DNA of 64,000 nucleotides from SAR86 cluster bacterium. GTDB taxonomy: Bacteria > Pseudomonadota > Gammaproteobacteria > Magnimaribacterales > D2472. Of this stretch, positions 50,554 through 60,004 are shown piece after piece. The DNA is taken from the NCBI GenBank assembly GCA_029254395.1, contig JAQWXQ010000042.1:8558-72557 (forward strand). Direction: 5' to 3'. How positions within the stretch are numbered: position 1 is the stretch's first letter; every line of letters begins with the position of its first letter. The notes beneath the pieces were generated by a model, which did no database searches, had not been told where the DNA came from, and saw only the letters and a program-made list of their open reading frames with translations. Made by a program: the position numbers and the translations under genes.

Positions 50554-53500
50554 TCTTCGTTTTGGAGATTAAGCAGCTCTGTATTGCCTCCAAAGGCCAC
50601 TATGTTTTTAGAAACTACTTGCTCATTAACAAATTGAGATAAATAATTTGGGCCACCGGCTTTACATCCAGTCCCTGATAGACCCTCACCACCAAATGGC
50701 TGAACGCCTACAACAGCACCAACAATATCTCTATTTATATAAACATTTCCTACATTTGCAGCATGGGCTATCTCATCTGCTCTAGATTCAACTCGCGTAT
50801 GAACGCCAAGCGTTAGACCATAATTAAGTTTGTTTATTTCTTCTACCACACCTTGAATCTTACCTGCCTTGAATTTCATAATATGAAGAATTGGACCAAA
50901 CTGTTCAGACTCTAATTCTGATAATGATTTAATCTCAATCATTGTTGGGGGAATATATTTATTATCAATATAGTCATGTGGTTGTATAACATTCTTTCCA
51001 TCAATTGAAGCAGCTTCTATATAGTCTTTAAGCTTTTCAAAAGCGTCTTTTGATATTATTGGACCAATGTCATTATTAAAATTTTCAGTTGGCCCAATAT
51101 CTAGAACTTTCATTGCCCCAGTTACCATGTCTATTACTTCTTGATAAATATCTTCCTGAACAATAAGGACCCTCAATGCAGAGCATCTTTGCCCAGCACT
51201 ATTAAACGCTGATCGCATAACGTCGTCTGTTACCTGTTCCAAGAGGGCGCTTGAGTCTACTATCATGCAGTTCAGGCCTCCGGTTTCTGCTATAAATTTA
51301 ATTATCTCTTTGTGGTTATCAAGAAGACTTGACTGAATTTTTCGAGCAGTTTCAGTAGATCCAGTAAATGCAACGCCTTTCAGACCCTCAGATTTAGTTA
51401 AAGTTGCGCCATTCAAACCATCGCCAAGAACAAGTTGAAGAGCATCCTCTGGAACTCCTTGGCTATGAAAAATATTTGTAATTATGCTTGCAAGAATTGG
51501 AGTATGTTCTGATGGTTTCGATATTACATCGTTGCCTGTTGCAAGAGCAGCACTGATTTGACCAATCAAAATAGCAACTGGAAAGTTCCAGGGGCTAATG
51601 CATAAAAATCTTCCTCTTGGGTGGTACGTAAGAGCATTTTCTTCGCCTGTTGGGCCATTAAGTTTATTTGATGAGGCTTGTAGTTTGACTGCCTCCTCGC
51701 TGTAGTACCTTAAAAAATCTACAGCTTCTCTTATCTCATCAACCGCATCTTCAATATGTTTTCCCGCCTCATGGATTAAATAATAAAGAAGCTCATTAGG
51801 ATTATTTTCTATAAAATTTGCAATCTTTTTAAGAACCTCTGCTCTATGAACAACAGAGGTTTTTGACCAAGACGATTTTTTGTAATTTGAAAAAGCTTTT
51901 TCAATACTCTCAGAAGAATCAAAATATGCTGAACCTATTTCAGAGCCATTTGATAGAGAGTTGAATGTATGCTTTTCAGAGCTACTTGGATTTCTGCCAC
52001 CATAAACTGATTCAACCTTTTTTGTCTTGCCATCAAAATTTTTAAGATAGCCTTTGAGCTTATCTAGATTAACTTGCTCAGAAAGGTCTAAACCTTTCGA
52101 ATTCAGGCGATCATTGAAAATGTTAATTGGCATTGGAATTTCTTTACTTTCCTCTGCAATTTTTTTAACTGGGCTTTCTGCCAACCATAAAGAATCAGTC
52201 TCTGGATCCAAGAGCCTATTAATGAAAGAACTGTTTGCACCGTTCTCTAAAAGCCTTCTTACTAAATAGGGGAGCAGGTCTTTGTATTTGCCTATAGGAG
52301 CATATATTGTAGTTTTGTTGTTTTTACCAAGAACACTTTCTGCGCTCTTATACAAAAGCTCTCCCATGCCATACAGGCGCTGATATTCAAAGTTAGCTTG
52401 ATCACTCATCTGATGAATTGCAGCAATAGTATGCGCATTATGAGTAGCAAATTTTGGTAAAAGGTTTTTAATGGAGAGCATTTTTTCAGCACATGCCAAA
52501 TAAGAGATGTCTGTATGTGCTTTTTTGGTGAAAACAGAATACCCCTCATGCCCAAAAACTTGAGAATTTTTTATCTCATAATCCCAGTAAGCGCCTTTTA
52601 CAAGTCTTGCATGCATTGGGGCTCTTTTTTCAAGCATCGCTTCAACCCAGTCAATCAAGTCCAATGATCTTTTTCCATAGGCCTGGATAGCAAGCCCAAT
52701 ACTTTCCCAGTCTTTAACTCCCTCAGACATTAATACTTCTTCTAAAATCTCTATGCTTAATGAAAGCCTATCTTGCTCCTCAGCATCAATTGTAATCTCA
52801 ACATTCTTTTTTATGGCGCTATGAATAAGCTTTAAAAGTCTCTTTGACAAGAACTCTCTTACCCTTTCTATCTTTCTTGTTTCATACCTTGGATAGAGTG
52901 CAGATAACTTTATAGAAACCCCATTTTTATTTCCTGTTTTTTCATTAATCTTGCTAACCTCTTCAATGGCCTCGAGGTAGGCTTGAAAATACTTTTCAGC
53001 TTGATGGTCTGTTCTTGCTGCTTCTCCAAGCATATCGAAAGAATAAGTGTTTTGATCAATATTTTTTAGCTTAGAAATATCTTTAAAGTCCCTACCCATC
53101 ACAAATTCTTTGCTTAATATATGCATAGCTGCAAGAACTGCATTTCTTATTGGCATTTCGCCAGATTTTGATACAAGACCACCAATATATTTTGCTGGAT
53201 TGTTGTTGGATAGCTCAGATGGCTTTACTAAGGTCCCTGCTAGCAAGAGACCCCATGTAGAAGCGTTAACAAAAATACTGTCTGCTTTGTTAAGATGCTC
53301 GATCCATCTACCTTCTGATAATTTTTCTGAGATAATAAGATCTCTAGTAGATTTATCCGGTATTCTTAAAACTGACTCAGCGAGGCACATTAGTGCAACA
53401 CCTTCATTATTAGATAAACCATATTCACTCAAAAATGCATCCAGCATTGTTCTTTCGGACTTTGCAACTCTGCACTCATCAATGATCTTCTTTGCGTTAT

Positions 53501-53594
53501 CAACTATCTTTGAATTGCTTATAAAATTTGAATCTTCAATCATTGATTGAATTAGTTCGTTTTCTGATTGAAATTTATTACGAGATATCGACAT
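50550..53594 (-). CDS. putA: bifunctional proline dehydrogenase / 1-pyrroline-5-carboxylate dehydrogenase (no RHH DNA-binding domain)
   Basis: 1014-aa ORF with a PRODH barrel (VSIKLSAL, LVKGAYWD, ATHN) followed by an ALDH domain (FTGSTETA, EeGGLN, catalytic C in GQRCSA). Confidence 0.9.
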   Translation of the reverse strand: MSISRNKFQSENELIQSMIEDSNFISNSKIVDNAKKIIDECRVAKSERTMLDAFLSEYGLSNNEGVALMCLAESVLRIPDKSTRDLIISEKLSEGRWIEHLNKADSIFVNASTWGLLLAGTLVKPSELSNNNPAKYIGGLVSKSGEMPIRNAVLAAMHILSKEFVMGRDFKDISKLKNIDQNTYSFDMLGEAARTDHQAEKYFQAYLEAIEEVSKINEKTGNKNGVSIKLSALYPRYETRKIERVREFLSKRLLKLIHSAIKKNVEITIDAEEQDRLSLSIEILEEVLMSEGVKDWESIGLAIQAYGKRSLDLIDWVEAMLEKRAPMHARLVKGAYWDYEIKNSQVFGHEGYSVFTKKAHTDISYLACAEKMLSIKNLLPKFATHNAHTIAAIHQMSDQANFEYQRLYGMGELLYKSAESVLGKNNKTTIYAPIGKYKDLLPYLVRRLLENGANSSFINRLLDPETDSLWLAESPVKKIAEESKEIPMPINIFNDRLNSKGLDLSEQVNLDKLKGYLKNFDGKTKKVESVYGGRNPSSSEKHTFNSLSNGSEIGSAYFDSSESIEKAFSNYKKSSWSKTSVVHRAEVLKKIANFIENNPNELLYYLIHEAGKHIEDAVDEIREAVDFLRYYSEEAVKLQASSNKLNGPTGEENALTYHPRGRFLCISPWNFPVAILIGQISAALATGNDVISKPSEHTPILASIITNIFHSQGVPEDALQLVLGDGLNGATLTKSEGLKGVAFTGSTETARKIQSSLLDNHKEIIKFIAETGGLNCMIVDSSALLEQVTDDVMRSAFNSAGQRCSALRVLIVQEDIYQEVIDMVTGAMKVLDIGPTENFNNDIGPIISKDAFEKLKDYIEAASIDGKNVIQPHDYIDNKYIPPTMIEIKSLSELESEQFGPILHIMKFKAGKIQGVVEEINKLNYGLTLGVHTRVESRADEIAHAANVGNVYINRDIVGAVVGVQPFGGEGLSGTGCKAGGPNYLSQFVNEQVVSKNIVAFGGNTELLNLQNEE

Positions 53595-53666
53595 AGGTTA
53601 TATTTTAATCTTAAAAAGATAAGTAGCAAGATTGTGATTTTCTTAATGCATTAAAAATACTATGAT

Positions 53667-54860
53667 ATGCAGATGACTGATGCTATTTCTATTATTAAGC
53701 GCGGAACAGATGAAATTCTGACAGAGGCAGATCTCAAGAAAAAGCTAGATTCTGGGAAGCAACTCACTATTAAAGCAGGGTTTGATCCTACTGCCCCAGA
53801 TCTTCATTTGGGCCATACAGTTCTAATAAATAAATTAAGACATTTCCAAGATCTTGGTCATAAGGTAGTTTTTCTCATTGGAGACTTTACAGGCCAAATT
53901 GGCGATCCTTCAGGTAAAAATAAAACCAGACCAACCCTCACTAAAGAAGAGGTTGTAGAAAATGCAAAAACCTACGAACAGCAAGTTTTTAAGATATTAA
54001 AAAAAGAGTTAACAGAAGTCAGATTTAATTCAGAATGGTGTAAAGACCTAGGAGCTGAGGGGCTTATAGGGCTCGCATCAAGGTATAACGTTGCTCGTAT
54101 GCTAGAAAGGGATGATTTCAATAAACGTTATTCATCTAATCAGAGCATAGCTATACACGAATTCTTATATCCATTAGTTCAAGGGTATGACTCAGTTGCA
54201 CTAAAGGCAGATGTGGAGTGCGGGGGCACTGATCAAAAATTTAATCTATTAGTTGGAAGAGAGCTCCAAAGATCTTTTGACCAAGAGCCACAAGTTGTTT
54301 TAACTGTTCCTATTTTAGAAGGCTTGGATGGCGTCAATAAGATGTCTAAATCTCTTAATAACTTTATTGGGGTCGATGAAGCTCCAAATGAAATGTTTGG
54401 TAAGGTTATGTCTATTTCTGATACTTTGATGTGGAGATGGTTTGAGCTTTTAAGCTTTCTTTCTGAGAGTGAGATCATCTCTTTAAAGAAATCTGTTGAT
54501 GAAGGAACAAATCCAAGAGATGTTAAGTTTTTATTAGCAATTGAGATAGTTGATCGATTCCATGGAGATGGCGAGGGAGAAAACTGTAAAAATGCTTTTC
54601 TAAAAAGATTCCAAAAAGGAGCTTTGCCTGATGACATAGATGAAGTGGAATATGCAATTGATGGAGAATCTATTCCTCTAGTTAATTTACTTAAAGAAAC
54701 TGGAATGGTTGCTAGCACATCTGAGGCTTCCAGATTAATTAAGCAGGGCGGCGTCAAGATAGAGTCTCAAAAGGTTGACGACCCCAAGAAAAAAATTGAA
54801 CTAGGCAAAAAACAAGTTTATCAAGTTGGTAAAAGAAAATTTCTAATAATCAAAACCTAA
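53667..54860 (+). CDS. tyrS: tyrosine--tRNA ligase (type 2)
   Basis: 397-aa ORF with HLGH, KMSKS and a C-terminal S4 domain. The start could instead be the second ATG at 53673. Confidence 0.95.
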   Translation: MQMTDAISIIKRGTDEILTEADLKKKLDSGKQLTIKAGFDPTAPDLHLGHTVLINKLRHFQDLGHKVVFLIGDFTGQIGDPSGKNKTRPTLTKEEVVENAKTYEQQVFKILKKELTEVRFNSEWCKDLGAEGLIGLASRYNVARMLERDDFNKRYSSNQSIAIHEFLYPLVQGYDSVALKADVECGGTDQKFNLLVGRELQRSFDQEPQVVLTVPILEGLDGVNKMSKSLNNFIGVDEAPNEMFGKVMSISDTLMWRWFELLSFLSESEIISLKKSVDEGTNPRDVKFLLAIEIVDRFHGDGEGENCKNAFLKRFQKGALPDDIDEVEYAIDGESIPLVNLLKETGMVASTSEASRLIKQGGVKIESQKVDDPKKKIELGKKQVYQVGKRKFLIIKT

Positions 54861-54861
54861 A

Positions 54862-55323
54862 ATGAAAAAAATATATTTATTCCTTACATTACTTTTAACT
54901 ATTGGCTGCAATCAAGACAGCCCTAATATTACCCAAATACAAAACATGCAATATTTTATAGATAACAGCCAAAATCCAGATATTATTGAGGTCGAAAATG
55001 GGCTTCAGTATTCAATTATCCAAAACGGGGATCTTAACAATCCAACTGCTAACTTAGATGACATAATCACAGCACACTTTCATGGAACTCTTACCAATGG
55101 AGAGGTATTCTGGTCCTCTGTTGATATGAATGAGCCCTTAGAGATACCTCTTTCTGGCTTGATTGAAGGGTGCCAAAAAATTATTTCATTAATGAGAGCA
55201 GGGGATAAGTGGAAGGTCTTTATTGACCCAAGCATGGCTTATGGTGATGAGGGTAGGCCTGGCATACCTTCAAACTCAATTCTTATTTTTGAAATTGAGC
55301 TCTTAGAAATAGCTAGCCTTTAA
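54862..55323 (+). CDS. FKBP-type peptidyl-prolyl isomerase lipoprotein
   Basis: 153-aa ORF with lipobox LTIGC and an FKBP core (HFHGTL.NGEVF..S, AYGDEG, LIFEIELLEI). Confidence 0.85.
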   Translation: MKKIYLFLTLLLTIGCNQDSPNITQIQNMQYFIDNSQNPDIIEVENGLQYSIIQNGDLNNPTANLDDIITAHFHGTLTNGEVFWSSVDMNEPLEIPLSGLIEGCQKIISLMRAGDKWKVFIDPSMAYGDEGRPGIPSNSILIFEIELLEIASL

Positions 55324-57412
55324 TCTCGGATAGAGCATACCCATATATTTCAGAGATCTGATCTATAACCTTACTTTTTGGTGTTCCAGCTCCATGTCCA
55401 GCTCTGCTCTCGACTCTTATTAAAACCGGATTATCACAACCTTGAAGCTCTTGAAGTCTTGCTGCAAATTTAAATGAGTGCGAGGGCACAACCCTGTCGT
55501 CTCTGCTTGCAGTTGTAACTAATGTTTTTGGATAACACCTATTTTCTTGAACATTATGATATGGCGAATAAGCTAGTAGGTTTTCAAATTCTTCTTTGTT
55601 ATCTGGAGACCCATAGTCGCTCTCCCAGGCCCATCCTATTGTAAATTTATGGAACCTAAGCATATCTAATACACCAACTTGGGGAATAGCTATCTCAAAT
55701 AAATCTGGATTTTGAAGCATAGTAGCCGCAACTAAAAGCCCTCCATTAGAACCACCAATAATGGCTGTTGTTTTTGGAGACCCAATATTAGATGAATGAA
55801 GGAACTTTGCGGCATAGGCAAAATCATCAAAGACATTTTGTTTATTAAGCAGCATGCCTTGCTCATGCCAACTATCACCATACTCGCTTCCGCCCCTAAG
55901 ATTTACAACAGCAAATACTCCGCCCTGACTTTTCCAGGCTGCATGACTTTTGCTGAATCTAGGCGTTAAAGATATATTAAAACCTCCATAGCCATAAAGC
56001 ATTAAAGGAGTATCTTTGGTTATATTTGTGGATTTTTTATAACTTATATGAATAGGGATTTTTGTACCATCTTTTGATTCAAAAAATTTAAAATCAGACA
56101 CATAGTCGTCTGCAGAATAGCTTTTTAGATCCTCTTTCCAAAACAACGAAGTCTCTAATGTTTCTAAATTAATTTTATGAATTTCTCTTGGTTTAACAAA
56201 ACTAGTTACTGAGAGAAACGAGTCAGTATCATCGATATCTCCACCGAAGCCAGATATTGATGATTCTTTGAAGGCATTTAATTTTTTTAAAAATATCCCA
56301 TCTAATGAATAGAAAGTGATTTCTGAAAATGTATCCACCATGTAGTTAATTACAAAATTATTATTAATAATATTTACACTGCTAATATTATTTTCTGTCT
56401 CTTCAATAACTTCATTCCAAATAAACTTTTCATCCTGAATCTTTAAAGAAATAATTTTTCCATTAACCGCATTCTCTGTTGTGTAAAACCAGAATATTTC
56501 ATCCTTATAGCCTATTAGAGAATATGCTGCCTGCAGTTCTCCAATAATTGGTTGAAATTCTTCATCATCATTTAATTTTACAAAGAGCCTATTTCTTTCA
56601 TCAGTACCCTCTGAAATTGATAAGAATTTAATATCGGTGTCTTTTACAATACTTATGCCCCAACTCCACCTTGGCTTTGTTGCATTTTCATACATGACAG
56701 TATCTTGCTTTTGATCACTACCAATTTTGTGGAACATTAACTTAGGAGCTGTATTGATATCTTTAAGCAGCTCATCTTGTGGTTCATCATACTTTTGGTA
56801 ATAAAATCCAGAACTATCATTCTCCCATGTTGGTGTAGAAAATTTTGACCAAGTAATTTTATCTTCCAGCTCTTTGCCGCTATCTATATCTAGTAACAAC
56901 CAAGTTCTCCAATCAGAACCTCCATCTGAAATTCCATATGCAAGAAGCTTCCCATCATTGCTTATGCTAATCCCAGAAAGTGAAACTGTTCCATCTTCAG
57001 AAAATTTATTAGGGTCAAGCAAAACTTCAAATTCACATTCATCACATTTTTGGACCATTAATTTGCTTTGCTGCCATGAACCATCATTGTAGTAAAAAAA
57101 TGTTTTTTCTTTTACCTTAAAAGGAGTGCTTTGGGAGTCTGAATCCCATATACCACTCAAATACTCAGCTATTGGTTTTTTGTATTTAGAGTTTTCTATA
57201 AATTGATTAGTGAACTCGTTTTGACGCTTTACCCAATCCAAACTTTCTTCACTGGTGAAATCTTCAAGCCATCTGTATGAATCCTCAACATCATAGCCAT
57301 GAATATTTTCAACAAAATATCTCTTATTTGAATTTGGGTACTCCATTTGGCTTGTTTCCTTGTTGCAAGAAATTATTAACACTAGTGACAAAATTATAGG
57401 CAATCTATTCAT
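55313..57412 (-). CDS. prolyl oligopeptidase (S9A), probable lipoprotein
   Basis: Track ORF extends to 57463; ATG 57412 (MNRLPIILSLVLIISC) gives a lipoprotein signal and removes the overlap with the divergent gene. Motifs are GGSNGGLL, D (RDDRV) and AGHG. Confidence 0.9.
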   Translation of the reverse strand: MNRLPIILSLVLIISCNKETSQMEYPNSNKRYFVENIHGYDVEDSYRWLEDFTSEESLDWVKRQNEFTNQFIENSKYKKPIAEYLSGIWDSDSQSTPFKVKEKTFFYYNDGSWQQSKLMVQKCDECEFEVLLDPNKFSEDGTVSLSGISISNDGKLLAYGISDGGSDWRTWLLLDIDSGKELEDKITWSKFSTPTWENDSSGFYYQKYDEPQDELLKDINTAPKLMFHKIGSDQKQDTVMYENATKPRWSWGISIVKDTDIKFLSISEGTDERNRLFVKLNDDEEFQPIIGELQAAYSLIGYKDEIFWFYTTENAVNGKIISLKIQDEKFIWNEVIEETENNISSVNIINNNFVINYMVDTFSEITFYSLDGIFLKKLNAFKESSISGFGGDIDDTDSFLSVTSFVKPREIHKINLETLETSLFWKEDLKSYSADDYVSDFKFFESKDGTKIPIHISYKKSTNITKDTPLMLYGYGGFNISLTPRFSKSHAAWKSQGGVFAVVNLRGGSEYGDSWHEQGMLLNKQNVFDDFAYAAKFLHSSNIGSPKTTAIIGGSNGGLLVAATMLQNPDLFEIAIPQVGVLDMLRFHKFTIGWAWESDYGSPDNKEEFENLLAYSPYHNVQENRCYPKTLVTTASRDDRVVPSHSFKFAARLQELQGCDNPVLIRVESRAGHGAGTPKSKVIDQISEIYGYALSEIKG

Positions 57413-57441
57413 ATCAAAGCATAGTACTTTATAATCCTCCC

Positions 57442-58116
57442 ATGAATCAATTCTTGAATGCATGGAAATTTACTTCTGACCATCTTGCTTATCTTATTGC
57501 ACTAGCATTGCCAGTAGCTTTTATGGAGGTATCGGTAGCCTATTTACTTCTGCCTATACAAGATGCAACTCAACCTGAGGATTTAATAGAATATATTAAC
57601 TCTAATGGGTCATTGCTTATCCTAACTGCAGTTTTGGCTATTATTACTAAAATAGGTTTTGATGGTGGTATATGGGTCGCCTTTACAAGCATTGAGAATG
57701 ATAGATATGTATCACCTTTAGATGCTCAAATTGCAGGCATTAAAAAGTTCTTTCCACTACTAGGAGCTACAATTATTATTGGCTTTGCTTCATTCATAGG
57801 ATTTATTTTTTTAATACTACCAGGGATTTATTTAATGGCTAGGCTATCTCTTGCCTTCGGCTATATCGTGCTTGAAGACAAAGGTGTTTTTGAATCAATA
57901 GGCAAGTCATGGGAGTCAACAGATGAGCATGGCGGAAGACTATTTACTCTTACACTATCTTTTGTTTCCTTAACTTTATTAATATCTTTGGTGGTTGGAG
58001 CTGTTATTGAATCTGGTTTAGTCAATCTAGCTTTGTTAGCTATAGGAGAGTATCTTCTAGCGCTTCCTCTTGCATATATATATTTCACACTCTATAAATC
58101 ACTTAAAAATCTTTAA
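57442..58116 (+). CDS. polytopic membrane protein (UPF0259/YciC-like)
   Basis: 224-aa ORF with about five TM helices. The central LILPGIYLMARLSLAFGYIVLEDKGVFESIGKSWE resembles the YciC block (PGI..A..LALAP..L..DKMGVF.S...S). Confidence 0.45.
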   Translation: MNQFLNAWKFTSDHLAYLIALALPVAFMEVSVAYLLLPIQDATQPEDLIEYINSNGSLLILTAVLAIITKIGFDGGIWVAFTSIENDRYVSPLDAQIAGIKKFFPLLGATIIIGFASFIGFIFLILPGIYLMARLSLAFGYIVLEDKGVFESIGKSWESTDEHGGRLFTLTLSFVSLTLLISLVVGAVIESGLVNLALLAIGEYLLALPLAYIYFTLYKSLKNL

Positions 58117-58170
58117 AGAATAATTGTCCAAATTGGATTCTAAAGGTAGAATGCACATTCCCATTTTTAT

Positions 58171-58250
<80 letters not shown>

Positions 58251-58354
58251 CTTTCAACTTTCTTACCTTTTTAAGATTTAACACACATTAACACAGTGAG
58301 TATGTTTAGATCCTATACGTAAATATTTAATACACTTTCCAGCACATAAGTTTT

Positions 58355-58382
58355 TTGACATACTAATTCTAGTCATTAAAAA
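58355..58382 (+). promoter_or_regulatory. promoter candidate for the islet A operon (TTGACA-16 nt-TAAAAA)
   Basis: A perfect -35 hexamer lies at 58355-58360, with a weaker -10 at 58377-58382. AAGGA lies upstream of ATG 58398. Confidence 0.35.
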
Positions 58383-58397
58383 GGAATAAAAATTATT

Positions 58398-58913
58398 ATG
58401 GAAATAAATAAAAAAGAATTAATGGAAGCGGTTGACACAATGTCATCAAAAAAATTCCCCTCTCCTGATTGCGATCTACTATTCAAAGAAAGATCTGATA
58501 AAAATTGGTCAGGTACTCATTATAATGCTACCGCATTAGATTTAGAGCACTTTGTAGATAACATTGGGGACAGAGGCATTCCTTCTGTTAACAATCTTGG
58601 TGAATCATCAACTTTTGGAAATGGATATGTTTCAATTTCTTTCTTTCATCTGGACATTGAAAAGACTGAAGAGATGATATTCAGAAAAAGAGCCTACAAG
58701 TTAGAATTTGAATGTGATGTAAGTTTTGTATTGTGTATTTTTGAAGAATTTCTCAATGACGAATATTTTGATGAGGATAGTCCTGAGGATCCTGAAGATA
58801 TTAAGTGGAATTTCTTTGATATTAAATCAGGTTCAAGAGACCCATCAAATGAATCTCACGGGTACTGGCAAGAAATTTATGAGGATGTAATGGAAGTTGA
58901 GGTTTATGACTAA
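58398..58913 (+). CDS. hypothetical acidic protein (islet A gene 1)
   Basis: A 171-aa ORF, which is long for an AT-rich sequence. It has an acidic C-terminal half (DEYFDEDSPEDPEDIKW...) and no motif I recognise. Its stop overlaps the next start (TAATG). Confidence 0.65.
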   Translation: MEINKKELMEAVDTMSSKKFPSPDCDLLFKERSDKNWSGTHYNATALDLEHFVDNIGDRGIPSVNNLGESSTFGNGYVSISFFHLDIEKTEEMIFRKRAYKLEFECDVSFVLCIFEEFLNDEYFDEDSPEDPEDIKWNFFDIKSGSRDPSNESHGYWQEIYEDVMEVEVYD

Positions 58914-59674
58914 TGAGCTCATATGAACAATTAAATTTTCCTAGAATCGACTATAAGTTCTGGGCAGATAAAAATGATTTTTTTTCAAAAGATGAGATTC
59001 CAACAACTATTAAAAGTGGAATTACTTCCGCAAAGAAGGGGGGACTTTTAGATGATTTAAAACTAATATCTGCTAATGATATTAATTTGCAAATAGAAGC
59101 AAGAATAAAAAATTTCAATTTTGATGAATCCCATAAAAATGAGCTACTAATTATTTTTGATCTGATTCAGGCATGGGGGGGAAGAAATGGAAGACATCCA
59201 TACAAGAAAAAGGCAGAGCGAATTACCAATGCAGATGATTTTGCATCGGCATATAGGAATAAAATATCCCTGTTCATTCAAAAAGGTTCAAGTCATAGTT
59301 TGAATGAATCTGAGGTGAACTTTTTAGAAAAAGAAATGCTTCTTCCAGGTGTTAGACTTCCATTTTTTAGCAAGCATATGTATTTTTGGTCTAAAAACAG
59401 ACCCGAAATAAATAAAATATTTAATATTTATGATTCGAGAATGGAATTCATTTTTAAAGCTTTTAATAAAAATAAGAGGATGAGTTATTTTAATTTTCTC
59501 TCAATATTACAAATGATAGAAGCTAATTATAAAATTAAAACTGGAGAGGCTGAGACAGCAATATTTGCATTTTCCAGCAATTTTTTTGACAATAAAGGAT
59601 CACTTAAGGATATTTTTGAATACGAAAATGATCTCGATGAGGCTAATAGAATCATGAAAAATATCAGTAAATGA
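58913..59674 (+). CDS. hypothetical basic protein (islet A gene 2; possibly a helix-hairpin-helix/OGG-fold-like protein, unverified)
   Basis: 253-aa ORF, translationally coupled to gene 1. The motifs IQAWGGRNGR and PFFSKHMYFW...IFNIYDSRM recall the W-G-G / S-K-x-x-x-F...I-x-D-S-R pattern of an OGG-fold family that I remember from defence-island contexts. This is low certainty. Confidence 0.6.
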   Translation: MSSYEQLNFPRIDYKFWADKNDFFSKDEIPTTIKSGITSAKKGGLLDDLKLISANDINLQIEARIKNFNFDESHKNELLIIFDLIQAWGGRNGRHPYKKKAERITNADDFASAYRNKISLFIQKGSSHSLNESEVNFLEKEMLLPGVRLPFFSKHMYFWSKNRPEINKIFNIYDSRMEFIFKAFNKNKRMSYFNFLSILQMIEANYKIKTGEAETAIFAFSSNFFDNKGSLKDIFEYENDLDEANRIMKNISK

Positions 59675-59759
59675 TAATTATTTAATAATATGAACACTAG
59701 TATGAACACACTAGTTATTAAACCTTATACCTAAAGGTTTTCTTGAAACGAACGAACGA

Positions 59760-59806
59760 CTGATAAGGGTGAGGTCGGTGGTTCGAGTCCACCCAGACCC
59801 ACCATT
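59760..59806 (+). repeat. direct repeat copy 2 (partial tRNA-Ile 3' half)
   Basis: 47/47 identity to 58204-58250. It begins within the anticodon-loop sequence and has no 5' half, so it is not a functional tRNA. Confidence 0.95.
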
Positions 59807-59941
59807 TCCCAGAGAGAAGTTTTATCGAAGAAAGCCCATACAAAAGACTTAAGAGGCTTAATGCTTGCTTAGGTGGAAAGAACATCAGATACTTACAATC
59901 ATCGATGCGCGTCCTTGAGTTGCGGCGATGTGTTGTTAGCA

Positions 59942-59965
59942 TTATACAATGCCCGTATTGTATAA
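59942..59965. promoter_or_regulatory. 9-bp perfect inverted repeat TTATACAAT-N6-ATTGTATAA
   Basis: It lies 40 bp upstream of ATG 60005 and overlaps a TATAAA -10-like hexamer. The geometry is operator-like. Confidence 0.3.
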
Positions 59966-60004
59966 ACTTTTAATTTGTTAATGTCATGGGTTTATAAAAT
60001 TACG

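Larger units (their letters stand above)
58251..59806 (+). mobile_element. islet A: about 1.5-kb tRNA-anchored insertion bounded by tRNA 3'-half repeats, no integrase
   Basis: It is bounded by a perfect 47-nt direct repeat. It contains only two coupled orphan ORFs, with its own promoter-like element and a terminal hairpin. Confidence 0.55.

Noticed and set aside
995-54757. Numerous 60-174-aa ORFs antisense to or nested within long genes, for example 53110..53550 in putA, 54233..54757 in tyrS, 6394..6777 in fba, 23026..23415 in ilvA and 15418..15771 across ybeZ/ybeY.
   Set aside because: These are shadow ORFs fully contained in genes with unambiguous homology-type motifs. They have low-complexity, Ser/Leu/Ile-rich compositions and no start context.
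10664-57463. N-terminal extensions of track ORFs: ubiJ to 10753, rsgA to 12336, DUF1820-like to 13244, rpmE2 to 31706, priA from 31628, MBL from 39187 and prolyl oligopeptidase to 57463.
   Set aside because: The extensions overlap neighbouring genes or add non-conserved residues ahead of a canonical family N-terminus. I preferred internal ATG codons that restore the family N-terminus.
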